Shown one piece after another: positions 23,535 to 33,289 of a stretch of 64,000 bases of DNA. The stretch covers positions 165,495 through 229,494 of the forward strand of contig CAWHFW010000001.1 of the NCBI GenBank assembly GCA_963828735.1. Direction: 5' to 3'. Source of the DNA: an uncultured Gemmatimonadales bacterium (GTDB lineage: Bacteria; Gemmatimonadota; Gemmatimonadetes; Gemmatimonadales; GWC2-71-9). The notes under the pieces are model-generated. The model was not told where the DNA came from. It ran no database searches and worked only from the letters and a program-made list of their open reading frames with translations. Every line of letters starts with the position of its first letter. Positions within the stretch are counted from its first letter, which is position 1. Made by a program: the position numbers and the translations under genes.

Positions 23535-24187
23535 ACGGGCTCCAGGTAGGACTCGGTGAGGTCGAGCAGCAGTTTCCAGCCCGGCTCCTCGCTCACGCCG
23601 AAGACGTCCTCCGAGTCGAACGAGACGCTGTAGACGGGCTCGACCGGTCCGGCGTAGGGGCCGATGTCGGGGAGCGGTGCGGTTCCGCGGACCGCGGTGA
23701 CCTCGCCCTCGGCGCCGCGGACGTAGCGAGGACAGCGCGTATGCCCGGCGTGCCGGCGGCGGCGCACGCGGATGCGCTCGCCGCGGACGAAGCGGGTTTC
23801 CCCCGCCTCGCCGAGAGGGCTCATCCTCGAGATGGCGGCGCGGTCGCGCTCGGCCTGCTCCGGATCGAGCCGCTGCGGCACGATCTCGCCGTCCCGCAGC
23901 CGCTCGACCCAGGCGTCCACCTCGCCGTCCGAGATGGTGCCCTTCCGCAGCAGCCGCTGCTCGTTGCTCCAGAGCCAGCGCTCGTAGTACGAGGCGCGGA
24001 GGTAGTGCTCCGGATCCATCTCCTCGCGGATCGCGCGGCCGCCACCCTTGCCGAGCCCCTCGATCCCGATGATCGTCGAGATCGCAAAAGTCCGCGCCTC
24101 CCAGGGCTCGGCGTAGACGCGGTCCGAGCCCGGAGTGACGACGGGCCCGAAGCCGTGCATGCCGCCCATGTCGTGAATGCCGTCGAT
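23531..24187 (-). CDS. nthB: Nitrile hydratase beta subunit
   Basis: (I)[37 protein letters not shown]; codon at the expected start is ATC. Confidence 0.88.
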   Translation of the reverse strand: MDGIHDMGGMHGFGPVVTPGSDRVYAEPWEARTFAISTIIGIEGLGKGGGRAIREEMDPEHYLRASYYERWLWSNEQRLLRKGTISDGEVDAWVERLRDGEIVPQRLDPEQAERDRAAISRMSPLGEAGETRFVRGERIRVRRRRHAGHTRCPRYVRGAEGEVTAVRGTAPLPDIGPYAGPVEPVYSVSFDSEDVFGVSEEPGWKLLLDLTESYLEPV

Positions 24188-24560
24188 GGCTCCTCACGAT
24201 ATCGCTCAAGCGTAGGAATGGGTGGCGGGTCGGGTGCAGGCGCCCCCTCTCCCGCCGCCGCACCGGCGGCCTCTGCTTCGCCCGCGGCTCCCCGACACTT
24301 GACAGGGTCGCGCGGGAGGAGTATTGCCAGAGTTGGGGGTTTGACCGCGAGTGACGGCCGGCTGATCGAGGTGGTTCGATGTGTGTCCATGCAGCGGAGC
24401 CGGCGACGTTGGTACAGCGTTGTGCCGGATCGGCCGTGGCTTCGCATGCGACGAATCGGCTCTCGTCCGCTACCGGCGGAACGAGGGAGGTGGTCTCGGC
24501 GAGCCACGGCTGACTGCGGCGCCTTGATGGACGTTTTTCAATAGGAAGGGGAAAAGAAGA

Positions 24561-26267
24561 ATGGCGAAGTTGAAGCTCGAGACGCTGTCCGCGACGATCG
24601 CCAAGAAGAACGCGCAGTGGAAGCCCCGGGGGAACCCTCACGCGTCGTTGAGCGACGGGGAGAAGAGGGCGCTCCTTGGGGTCGAGATCGACAAGGCCGC
24701 TCTCGCGAAGGCGATGAAGCCCGCGAAGCGGGCTGCGGCGGGCGCCGCCGCGGAGGTCGGCAACTTCGCGCCCGCGGTCGACTGGCGCAACCGGAATGGC
24801 AACCACGTCACGTCCGTGAAGAACCAGAGGCAGTGCGGGTCGTGCGTTTCCTTCTGCACGTGCGCGGTCGTCGAGTCCATGGCCTCGATCGAGAAGGGCG
24901 AGCTGCTCGACTTGTCCGAGGCCGACAGCCACTTCTGCTCGAACCACGGCCCGAGCTGCAACGGCTGGGACGCGGGTGCCGCCTACGCCCAGTTCAAGAG
25001 CCGCGGCGTGCTTCCGGAGTCGGCGTTCGCGTACATGAGCGCGTTCGACAACCCGCCGGTGCAGGATCCCAACCTCCCGCCCGGCTACTGGAAGGCCCAC
25101 TGCGTGAACGTCCCGGACCGCTCGAAAGCGGTGAAGATCACCACGACCGGAACCGTGGCGAGCATAGTCGACCGCAAGACATACCTCACGAACGTCGGTC
25201 CCTGCTCCGCCGTCCTGCACGTGTACAACGACTTCTACTCGTATGGCTCAGGCATCTACCACCACGTCAGCGGCGCCGACGTGGGCCTCCACTGCGTCCA
25301 GGTGATCGGCTACTCGGACGCCGACGGGTGCTGGATCTGCAAGAACTCGTGGGGGACGTCCTGGGGTGACGGCGGCTTCTTCAAGATCGCATACGGCCAG
25401 GCGGGGATCGACACCGAGTTCCCGTTCTGGACCGCGAGCGGGGTCGTGCTGCCGTCCTTCGTCGGCTGGCACGGCTGGGAGAGCCTCGGCGGATCGATCA
25501 CGTCGAAGCCGAGCGCCGTCTCGTGGGGGCCGAACCGCATCGACGTGGTCGCCCGCGGGCTCGACTCGGCCGTGTGGCACCGCTGGTGGGACGGCACGGC
25601 CTGGCGAGGTTGGGAGTCGCTCGGCGGCCTCATCCAGGGTGCCCCCGCGATCTGCTCCCGGGCGAGCGGCCGCCTGGACATGTTCGCCGTCGGGCTCAAC
25701 CATCACCTGTTCCACAAGTGGTTCCAGGGTGGCTGGAGCGCCTGGGAGGACCTGGGTGGCGTCCTCTCGTCCGAGCCCGCGGCCGTCTCCTGTGGGCCGA
25801 ACCGGATCGACGTCTTCGCCAGGGGCATGGACCAGGCGATGTGGCACCTCTGGTGGGACGGCGTCGGCTGGCACGGGTGGGAGAGCCTCGGCGGAGGCCT
25901 CAGCTCTGCTCCCGCAGCGTCGTCATGGGGCGCGAACCGGCTCGACACGTTCGTCCGCGGATACGACATGCACCTCTGGCACAAGTCGTGGAACGGGACC
26001 GCATGGAGCGGTTGGGAGGACCTCAAGGGCGTCCTGTCCGGCGAGCCGGGCGCCGTCTCGTGGGGCCCGAACCGCATCGACGTCTTCTACCCCGGCCAGA
26101 ACTCGCACATGTGGCACCGGTCGTGGAACGGCTCGACGTGGAGTGGCGAGGATGACCTCCTAGGTACCTTGAGCTCCGGTGTCGGTGTCAGCTCGTGGGC
26201 GAAGAACCGTCTCGACTGCTTCGTCGAGGGGACGGACTCGGCGCTCTACCACAAGGCGTACGCGTGA
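24561..26267 (+). CDS. Papain-family (C1A) cysteine protease with six C-terminal Trp-rich beta-propeller (PLL/DUF346-like lectin) repeats
   Basis: [25 protein letters not shown]; repeats WE(S/D)LGG...[10 protein letters not shown]. Confidence 0.88.
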   Translation: MAKLKLETLSATIAKKNAQWKPRGNPHASLSDGEKRALLGVEIDKAALAKAMKPAKRAAAGAAAEVGNFAPAVDWRNRNGNHVTSVKNQRQCGSCVSFCTCAVVESMASIEKGELLDLSEADSHFCSNHGPSCNGWDAGAAYAQFKSRGVLPESAFAYMSAFDNPPVQDPNLPPGYWKAHCVNVPDRSKAVKITTTGTVASIVDRKTYLTNVGPCSAVLHVYNDFYSYGSGIYHHVSGADVGLHCVQVIGYSDADGCWICKNSWGTSWGDGGFFKIAYGQAGIDTEFPFWTASGVVLPSFVGWHGWESLGGSITSKPSAVSWGPNRIDVVARGLDSAVWHRWWDGTAWRGWESLGGLIQGAPAICSRASGRLDMFAVGLNHHLFHKWFQGGWSAWEDLGGVLSSEPAAVSCGPNRIDVFARGMDQAMWHLWWDGVGWHGWESLGGGLSSAPAASSWGANRLDTFVRGYDMHLWHKSWNGTAWSGWEDLKGVLSGEPGAVSWGPNRIDVFYPGQNSHMWHRSWNGSTWSGEDDLLGTLSSGVGVSSWAKNRLDCFVEGTDSALYHKAYA

Positions 26268-26281
26268 TCGGATGAGGCCGG

Positions 26282-26572
26282 ATGTCGTCGGATAACGTCG
26301 CAGTGAGAGTCGGAGAGGAGTTCGAGATCCGGCTGCAGGGCAATCCGTCGGCCGGCTACGTCTGGGAACCCGATTCGCTCCCCGAGGGCATCGAGCTCAC
26401 GGGGAGCGAGTCCGTTCCACCGGGCCCGGAGAGCCAACCGGGCGATCCGGGCACGCAGGTCTTCCGCTTCCGGTCGCGAGAGCCGGGCGAGAAGCGCGTC
26501 GAGTTCGTCCTCGGGCGGCCGTGGGAGTCGGAGGTCGTCGACCGACACCAGGTGACGGTGACGACGGGCTGA
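26282..26572 (+). CDS. Chagasin/I42 family cysteine protease inhibitor
   Basis: GNPSAGYVW and RPWE loops; directly after the C1 protease. Confidence 0.85.
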   Translation: MSSDNVAVRVGEEFEIRLQGNPSAGYVWEPDSLPEGIELTGSESVPPGPESQPGDPGTQVFRFRSREPGEKRVEFVLGRPWESEVVDRHQVTVTTG

Positions 26573-26681
26573 CGAATTGCGTCATCGGGCCGAGCCCGGC
26601 AGGATCTGTCGGATGAACAACTCGCGCCTGCGTTCCCACCCGGCTGCGAGGGCGCGAGGGGCGCGGCATGCTAACGCTGTG

Positions 26682-27188
26682 CTAACGACTCAAACCGGCG
26701 GTGCGAAACGCTACGCCTCGCTCCAGACGAGCCGCAGGTAGGAGCCGGCCCGGCATGAACTCCTCGAGCACCACGAGCTGGTAGGCCTCCTTGTCGGCCT
26801 GCTTTCGTCGGCCGATCGCCTCAAACGCCTGGAACGCCTGGACGCGCTTCTTGTGCTTGCGCTGGAGGACCTGCAGCTCCTCGTCCTCGGAGAGCGGACG
26901 CTGGAGCTCCGTCTCGGCGGCGCGCAGGCTCGCGCGGATCAGCGTCAGCGCGTCGCGGCGGTCCGCGTCCCGGGCAAGGCGGGCCTCCTTGAGCTCACTC
27001 TCGATCGCCGCGATCAGCTCCACGCGCGTATGTTCTCGTGCCGCGGCTGCAACTCGAACGCGCCTTCCCGCCACAAGAGCGGGACCCCGACGCCGCGTAC
27101 GATCGTCACGCCGATCAGGCCGGATCTGCAGCCCCGAAGCCAACGCGCCTGCGAGCAGAACGTAACCCCACAGCCAGACCGGCAACAT
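26682..27188 (-). pseudogene. Partial GatB/YqeY domain protein
   Basis: IESELKEARLARD..RRDAL...LSEDEELQVLQR...LEEFMP; C-terminal half of YqeY absent; start uncertain. Confidence 0.6.
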
Positions 27189-28360
27189 CTCGTGTTCCTT
27201 TCCTTGGTCCAATGTTCGGGAGCCCAAACACCGGGCGGCCAGGAGCCGAACCCGGCACGACACTGACAACGTAGCCGTACCCGTTTCGCCGCGGTTCCAC
27301 ACAAACGGGCTAACCGGCGCGGTGCCAGACTGGCGGGCGCTCGACGACTGCTTCCGTCCAGGGTGAGGCTTCCGTGAGCGCATGAGACCTCCCTCCCCGA
27401 CCCTCACCGCGACGTTGGTGCAACCGCGCAACGGCCGGTAGGCGGTGACGGCGGCCGTCGCCGCGGCCGCTGACCACTGGCGTGCACACTGAGAGGGTGC
27501 AGGGCTCGAGCCGGCTTGAGGAGGGGGACGGGACGGTCGACCGTGCTGCCGCCTTTTCTGGAGGCGGCTGCGTCCGCGCTCGGCTGACCAGACGAGTAAT
27601 GCGTGCCGGGGACGCCGGCTGCGGCCGATTCCGCGGCAGGAGACGGCTCGAACGTCGTTCCGCAGGCAGCAGCGGATCGCAGCCCGCTGAAAGGCGCGAC
27701 TGGGCCGCGGGAGGTGTGCTCGCCGTTGCCGCCCGGCAGACCGACGCTTTGCCCGTGAGCGCAAGCGACCGAGCCGCCTGAAGATCAAGCGCGCGGCGGC
27801 GCAGGTGAGTTCAGAGTCCGCAGTGCCCCTTCGTCTGCGCAGTACCGAGATCCGCTCGTCTTTCAGAGAAGCCTTGTCCCCCGAGGTTGACGGGGCGTTC
27901 AGCGCCGAGATCTTCGCCTGATCAGGCCGCGCGCTTCGCCTTCCTCGCCGCCGTCTTCGCCGCCTTCGGCTCCGCCTTCTGCGGGACGCCGGGTGGATGG
28001 TCGATCACCCGCGCCGCCTCGGGCGGTGAGTGCTTCGGCCAGATGAACGAGTTCAAGTAGGCATCCTGGCCGACCCGCTCCTCGGTGCCGGGTGACCTCG
28101 GAGACGACCCACTGGTTGCCGTCCCACTACGCCAAGCGCTCGATCTCCGCCTCACCCTCCTCCCGTCAGCGCTGCCCGCAGTCCCCTCGGGGACGCCGGA
28201 TGTGCCGACCTCGACGCGCCCCATCCTGAGCGCAGCCGCGAGGGCGTCGATGCCCTACGGGGCCACGTTCGGCGGCGGCGTCCGGCCAGTACCTGACGGC
28301 CGAAGGTCTACATTGCCCGAAGTGTTGCATCCGCTTCGGCGGCGGGCGGGCCAGCCTACC

Positions 28361-28433
28361 GCGAGTCCGCGCAGGTCCCCACCTGTCGCAGGGGGTGCGC
28401 CGTAGCCGACACTGGCTGCGGCACCGGACTCAC
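28361..28433 (-). ncRNA. Candidate structured small RNA, copy 1
   Basis: Homologous to the copies at 31648 and 38202; closing stem GUGAGUCCG/CGGACUCGC; -10 TACCCT 7 nt upstream. Confidence 0.55.
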
Positions 28434-28469
28434 CTGGGTCAGGGTAGGTGCGGGCGGCGGGTCCGTCTC

Positions 28470-28485
28470 TGACCCGATTGGGTCA
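28470..28485. promoter_or_regulatory. TGACCC-N4-GGGTCA palindrome (putative operator)
   Basis: Same motif at an equivalent position upstream of copy 2. Confidence 0.5.
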
Positions 28486-28648
28486 AGAGCGCCTCGTGGC
28501 GACGACAAGTCCCGCGACCGACTTCGCGGCGGTCGCCGAGGAAGTTGACCCAATCGTGTCGTATCGGCCGAGGTGAGGGACGGGCACGCTGGAAGGGATA
28601 CGGCAATCACCTTGATTGCCGACAAGACATCGAAGGGACACGGAGAAG

Positions 28649-29128
28649 ATGCGATTCAAAGCAGCATTCGTCGTTCTTGTCGCCGGGCTCGTAGCTATCG
28701 CCGCCGGAGTGACCGCGTCCCCGGCATCGGCACATGCGTGCAGCTCCGGTTTCTACGCCACCCATCCCGGCATGGTCAAGCAGCTGCTCAACCGCACCCC
28801 GTACCGAACAAAGACCACGCTCCAGCAGCTATTCCGGCTTCCGACGCGGTTCGTGACCTACCGTCGCACCACCGTCTCCGAGGCGGTCCGATTCCAACCC
28901 GCAAGAGGCGCCGATGGCACGATGCGAATCTTCCTGCGCGCCGCTGCTGCCGCCTACCTCAACGGACTCGCATGGCCGTCCTGGCCGGGGCCAAGCACAA
29001 CGAACCTACGCACCAATGTCCACCTGCTTCTCGCGAGCGGCGACTTCAACCGGATCCGCGCCTACCGCCTGGAGCTCTCAGGTGAGAACAACCGCCGCCC
29101 GTGCGTGTTCATGACGGCCAAGACGTGA
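28649..29128 (+). CDS. Secreted hypothetical protein
   Basis: GGAG ribosome-binding site, signal peptide ending PASA, N- and C-terminal Cys. Confidence 0.7.
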   Translation: MRFKAAFVVLVAGLVAIAAGVTASPASAHACSSGFYATHPGMVKQLLNRTPYRTKTTLQQLFRLPTRFVTYRRTTVSEAVRFQPARGADGTMRIFLRAAAAAYLNGLAWPSWPGPSTTNLRTNVHLLLASGDFNRIRAYRLELSGENNRRPCVFMTAKT

Positions 29129-29215
29129 GCGTTCTCGGCCGTCTCCCGTATGCACGCGCCTCGCGTGCGCGTCACGGCACCACCTTTGACCTGCTGGTTA
29201 CCCCGGCGGTTGACC

Positions 29216-29283
29216 CGGCCGTCTGATCCAACGCGGCCGTCTGATCCAACCCCGCACCACAGCAACCAACCCGCACCACAGCA
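29216..29283. repeat. Two adjacent short tandem duplications
   Basis: cggccgtctgatccaac x2 (period 18) and cccgcaccacagca x2 (period 19). Confidence 0.8.
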
Positions 29284-30463
29284 GCGCCCTCAGGCTTACG
29301 CAGCCGGGGGCGCTTCTCGTTGTCGATCGGCAAGCCGTGCTGGGCGGCGAGCGCGGGCGTCCCAGGGGGCGCCCGTGACATGTCCGGAATGGACTCATTC
29401 GGGTGATCACGCCGGTGTCGGGGCACCCGTACCTTGGATGGGTGATGGCGAACCTCAGCGGAGTCAACGACACGGCCGTCTACGACGCCATCGCGCCACG
29501 GCGCGGCCCTGGTGGCAGGTGCCCGTCTCGGCCGTGAGCGCCACCGCGTTCCTGTGGGCGCTCGCCTACCTGTACGTCCTCGCCACCCATCTCATTTGAC
29601 GACCCCACGTGCTCGGGGATCGAGTCAGGGACACGTCTGGATGCTCAAACGAGTTGTAATGCTCGCTGTCACCATCCCGGCGTTGGTCGCGCTTCACGCA
29701 GGACATGGCCACGTGCTGTGGGTCAACCTGCTGGAGTCGGCGGCTGCCATCGTCGCCTTGTTGCTCATGCTCAGCCTCGGGATCCGATGGTTGGATCACC
29801 GGGCGCAGAAGTCGAACGCATCGGCGCGAACTGGAACGAGAGTGGGAGAAGTGGCAGCGCGAGCACGCGGAGTGAGGCCCGACAGTCTTACGGCTCCTTC
29901 GTCACCAGCAACGCGCAGTCGCGTTGCCCGTGGGCGAACACCCAGTGGTTCTGACCCAGGTTCTCGGCCGACACGCTGACGCCGCTGACGGCTAGAGGAT
30001 CTTCCGTCCGCAACGGTTGCTGTGCACGGGTCGTTGAACGGCGGGTGCGAGTCGGCACCTCCGTTGCGCGTCTCGCGCTGGGGCTATGCAGAGCACGTCA
30101 GCCGGCCTCGTTGCGCTGACCCGCATCCTCGGCGGTGGCTTGTCCGGGGACCAGACGTAGCGGTCGAGACAGGCGTGGGCCAGCCCCACCTTGGTATGTC
30201 GTGCCGGGGCGGACGGTGGAGACGATCCACTGGCTGTGGGAGGCATCCCAGAAGCGAATCTGCTCGACCGCCGTCAAGGGCGGCGGCGGGGCTACGAGCG
30301 GGGTGGTCATGGCCCAGGTGTGGCACCTGCAGCGGCTGGCCACCGACCCCGCCGCCGTGGTCGAAGTCGAGCTACCCGTGCGAGGGACTCGAACACGTGC
30401 CTCGCGTTGACAACACGGTTCGGGTGGTTAGACCCGTGCCGCGTCTACCAAGGCCGAGGCTGC

Positions 30464-30506
30464 AGCAGATGCTCTGCTTTCCTCAAGCAGATGCTCTGCT
30501 TTCCTC
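30464..30506. repeat. Tandem duplication with 22-bp period
   Basis: agcagatgctctgctttcctc at 30464 and 30486. Confidence 0.85.
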
Positions 30507-30535
30507 GGCGTCCCCCCATCAGAGAGGAGAGTGTC

Positions 30536-31031
30536 ATGGGGACGAGGCTTCGGGGGGCCGGCCTGCTCTTAATCGCAACTGGCGGCGCTCATCTTGCCGG
30601 TTCAGGCACTGGCGGGCGGAGAGCTGCCTTTCAAAGGCTCGGACAGCGGTAGTTTCACGCTGACGGCTGACGGTTGCGCCCCTGGTGTGTTCGCGGTCAG
30701 CACCGATGACACCGGCCAGGCCACAGACGTCGGCGCGTACTCCTACCACACGAGCGAGTGCTTCAACGGCGCGACGGGTACGTTCAGCGGCAGCTTCACG
30801 ATCACCGCCGCGAACGGCGACACGATCTCCGGGACGTACACAGGCGCGGTGGTCGCAGAGGTTGGCGACCTTGGCTTCTACGAGCAGGACAACGTGATTA
30901 CGGGCGGCACCGGACACTTCGCCGGGGCAACCGAGGGGTTCCACCTGAGCGGTATCGCGAATCTCGCAACCCTCCAATCTAGCCAGGAGCTCTCGGGCAC
31001 CATCTCGAGCCCCGGCGCGGCCAAGAGGTAA
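30536..31031 (+). CDS. Secreted beta-rich hypothetical protein (frameshift in the signal peptide)
   Basis: GAGGAG ribosome-binding site, MGTRLRGAGLLL..., then LPFKG...TAANGDTISGTY...ITGGTGHFAGAT. Confidence 0.65.
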
Positions 31032-31603
31032 GGGCGGGGCGGTTCGGTAACGAGCCGACCGCAGTGCAGCGTCACGAACAACGATCCCGACGAGCTTCTG
31101 ACGATCGCACCCCCGCACTCCTGGTCCCTCACGCGGCCCCGGGGCCGGGTGGCGATCCTAACGCACGCGCGACGCAGCTTCGTCTGGCCAAGCGACATGC
31201 CGCCGCAGCGGGCGCGGTGATCGATCTCCGCTCGGCGTCCCGGCGCAGACGGCGGAGGCGAAGACGAGCAAACCCGACCCAGCCCCTGACCCCGTGACCG
31301 GCACGCCAGTGTTCATGCGGGCTGGGGCCGATTGGCACGTTGCGGTCCCAGAAGAACGCGGGTCAGGATCGATCACCGGTTGTACAAAGGCCCCGCATAA
31401 CTTTGGCTTTTCGGCGCTCTCGGGGTCATGGGATGGTACTGGCTGTACGCCCCAGATCACGGGCACAACCCCGAATTAGGGCGAAATCGGGGCGATTCTG
31501 TGGGGTTTGGGCACAAGAAGTGGCATTGTGCCCAATGGCGAACGTGCCCCTGTGAGAACGGCATGGGGGTTCGTCGCCCCAGGGGTGCCGCCGAACTCTC
31601 GAT

Positions 31604-31719
31604 GCGCGAGAGACCCCCGGGGGATCGAGCCTCTCGCGCTTGTGACCGCGAGCCCGCTCAGGTCCCCACCTGTTCCAGGGGTGCACCTATCCGACACATG
31701 GCGTCAGCACCGGACCCGC
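31604..31719 (-). ncRNA. Candidate structured small RNA, copy 2 (with 3' hairpin)
   Basis: Core 31648-31719, stem GCGGGUCCG/CGGGCUCGC; 3' hairpin 31604-31639; -10 TACCCT 7 nt upstream. Confidence 0.55.
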
Positions 31720-31754
31720 ACGGACCAGGGTAGGTGCCCGCGCCGGTCCGCAGA

Positions 31755-31770
31755 TGACCCAGATGGGTCA
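31755..31770. promoter_or_regulatory. TGACCC-N4-GGGTCA palindrome (putative operator)
   Basis: tgaccc agat gggtca, 22 nt upstream of the -10 box of copy 2. Confidence 0.5.
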
Positions 31771-32367
31771 ATTCGCCGCGGAGATATCCCCCGAAGCTGA
31801 GGGGCCGGGTCGAAGACCCGAACACCGTTGCGCCCCGGCGCACAACCCGCGGGGTCCCGGTCCCAGCTCGAGGGTAGGCAGCTCGGCGTGGCGGCACAAG
31901 ATTGGCCGCCGGCAGCCCAGGCTCGAGAGCGCGAGTCCCTACCGCTGGTGACGCTGCCGACGTGTGACGATGGCGAGGGCGACCAGGAGAGCCACGATCC
32001 CGATCGGGCCGACGATGTTCGAAGCAACGGCGATCGAACCGGCAAGGTTGCTGGTGTCCGCCCAGATGAGGCCAATAATCGTTCCTACGACGAGCACGAC
32101 CACCATCACGGCTAGCCACTTCAAAATCCGTCTGGCGATGACACCAAGGGTACTCCCGTGACGGCGACTCGACCACGTGGATCTTCTGGCCTGAGGGCGC
32201 GGCTGGGTCAGCGGCGAAGAGGGTGCAGCGCCCCCGGTGACAGGGAGAGAACCGGGGGGCGCTGCTGTGATGCGGATGGGGATGTTGGTGCCGGGGGAGG
32301 CACCCAACCCCTCCAGTGTGGCTTGCCCGCCTCGCCCCTTGCACCCAAATGAGTCAATCGTCGCCTG

Positions 32368-32541
32368 CTACGTGATGCCTTCCCGCCGCCGCCACTCGTG
32401 TTGTTGGAGCAGCGTCGAGCGCAGCTCGGTGAGCCCGTTCGGACAGTCCACCAGCGACGCGAGGATCTCATCTCGCTCCTCAATCGAGAGCGAGAGCAAC
32501 CTCGCCCGGTGCTCGTAGCCGCTCCCGAGGCGTGCGGCGGT
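32368..32541 (-). pseudogene. Remnant of a small hypothetical protein
   Basis: TAARLGSGYEHRARLLSLSIEERDEILASLVDCPNGLTELRSTLLQQHEWRRREGIT*, preceded by an in-frame TAG and no start. Confidence 0.5.
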
Positions 32542-32969
32542 CTATAGAAACGCCTCGCCGCCTACAACCTTCGCGCTGTCGTGACGGATAGGCGAGGGAC
32601 GCGGTGGCAGCAGTCTAGAAGCTGCCCTGACACACCTCGCGTCCGGGGGGGTGGATGGGCGCGGATGCCGGAGCCGCAGTGCCCCTCGCCTCCTTCGATG
32701 GTCGCAGGACCGGCGAACGCCGCGCAAGTCCATGACGGACAGGCTCATCGTTGAGGCTCGCGACCCCCACGCGCCAGCTTGGGATGTCAGGGTGCACCCG
32801 GTTGGTGCGGTTGGTTTGCCCACGGGGGTTGCGTTGCCCGGTAGGGAGCGCGGCGACCGGTTGGCCTCGGTGTCCTTCCGGTTGCCCGCCCCACCGGCTC
32901 AGCGATGGACACGGGGTTTGTGACCCCTGCCGGACCTGGCTGGTTCGACGCCCGCGCAAGTGCGGGATC

Positions 32970-33215
32970 GTGACGAAGCACGGAGGCACTACGACCGGCT
33001 ACCAGCGCGGATGCCGGTGCGATCTGTGCGTTCAGGCCGCGGCCGACTATGCCCGCACCGCACGCGAGCGGAAGGCCGCCGCGACCAAGAAGGCGAAGAC
33101 CACGACCGTGAAGGTGACGAACCCCACCGCCACGAAGCCGGAGCCGAAGACTGCCACGACCCGCCGCGCTGCTGCTGCCCCGAGGCGGATCCGGAAGACC
33201 GCCGCGAGGGCGTGA
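32970..33215 (+). CDS. Small zinc-finger-like protein (HG...GY..GCRC..C) with Lys/Ala/Thr-rich tail
   Basis: KHGGTTTGYQRGCRCDLC, basic C-terminus. Confidence 0.6.
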   Translation: MTKHGGTTTGYQRGCRCDLCVQAAADYARTARERKAAATKKAKTTTVKVTNPTATKPEPKTATTRRAAAAPRRIRKTAARA

Positions 33216-33229
33216 TCACCCCGAAACGT

Positions 33230-33260
33230 CGTGGGTCCCGGCTAAACGCCGGGACCCACG
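33230..33260. terminator. Hairpin between convergent genes
   Basis: cgtgggtcccggc-taaac-gccgggacccacg, 13-bp perfect stem. Confidence 0.7.
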
Positions 33261-33289
33261 GTACTGCTGCGTTGTTTACGGGTTTCGGG

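Noticed and set aside
22917..25220. 767-aa nitrile hydratase alpha with long N-terminal extension
   Set aside because: Extension overlaps nthB and the antisense of the protease; real start at 23534
25460..26260. Periodic DNA repeats as an array
   Set aside because: Explained by protein propeller repeats
26670..26687. gctaacg direct repeat as an island boundary
   Set aside because: Too short, with no tRNA or integrase nearby
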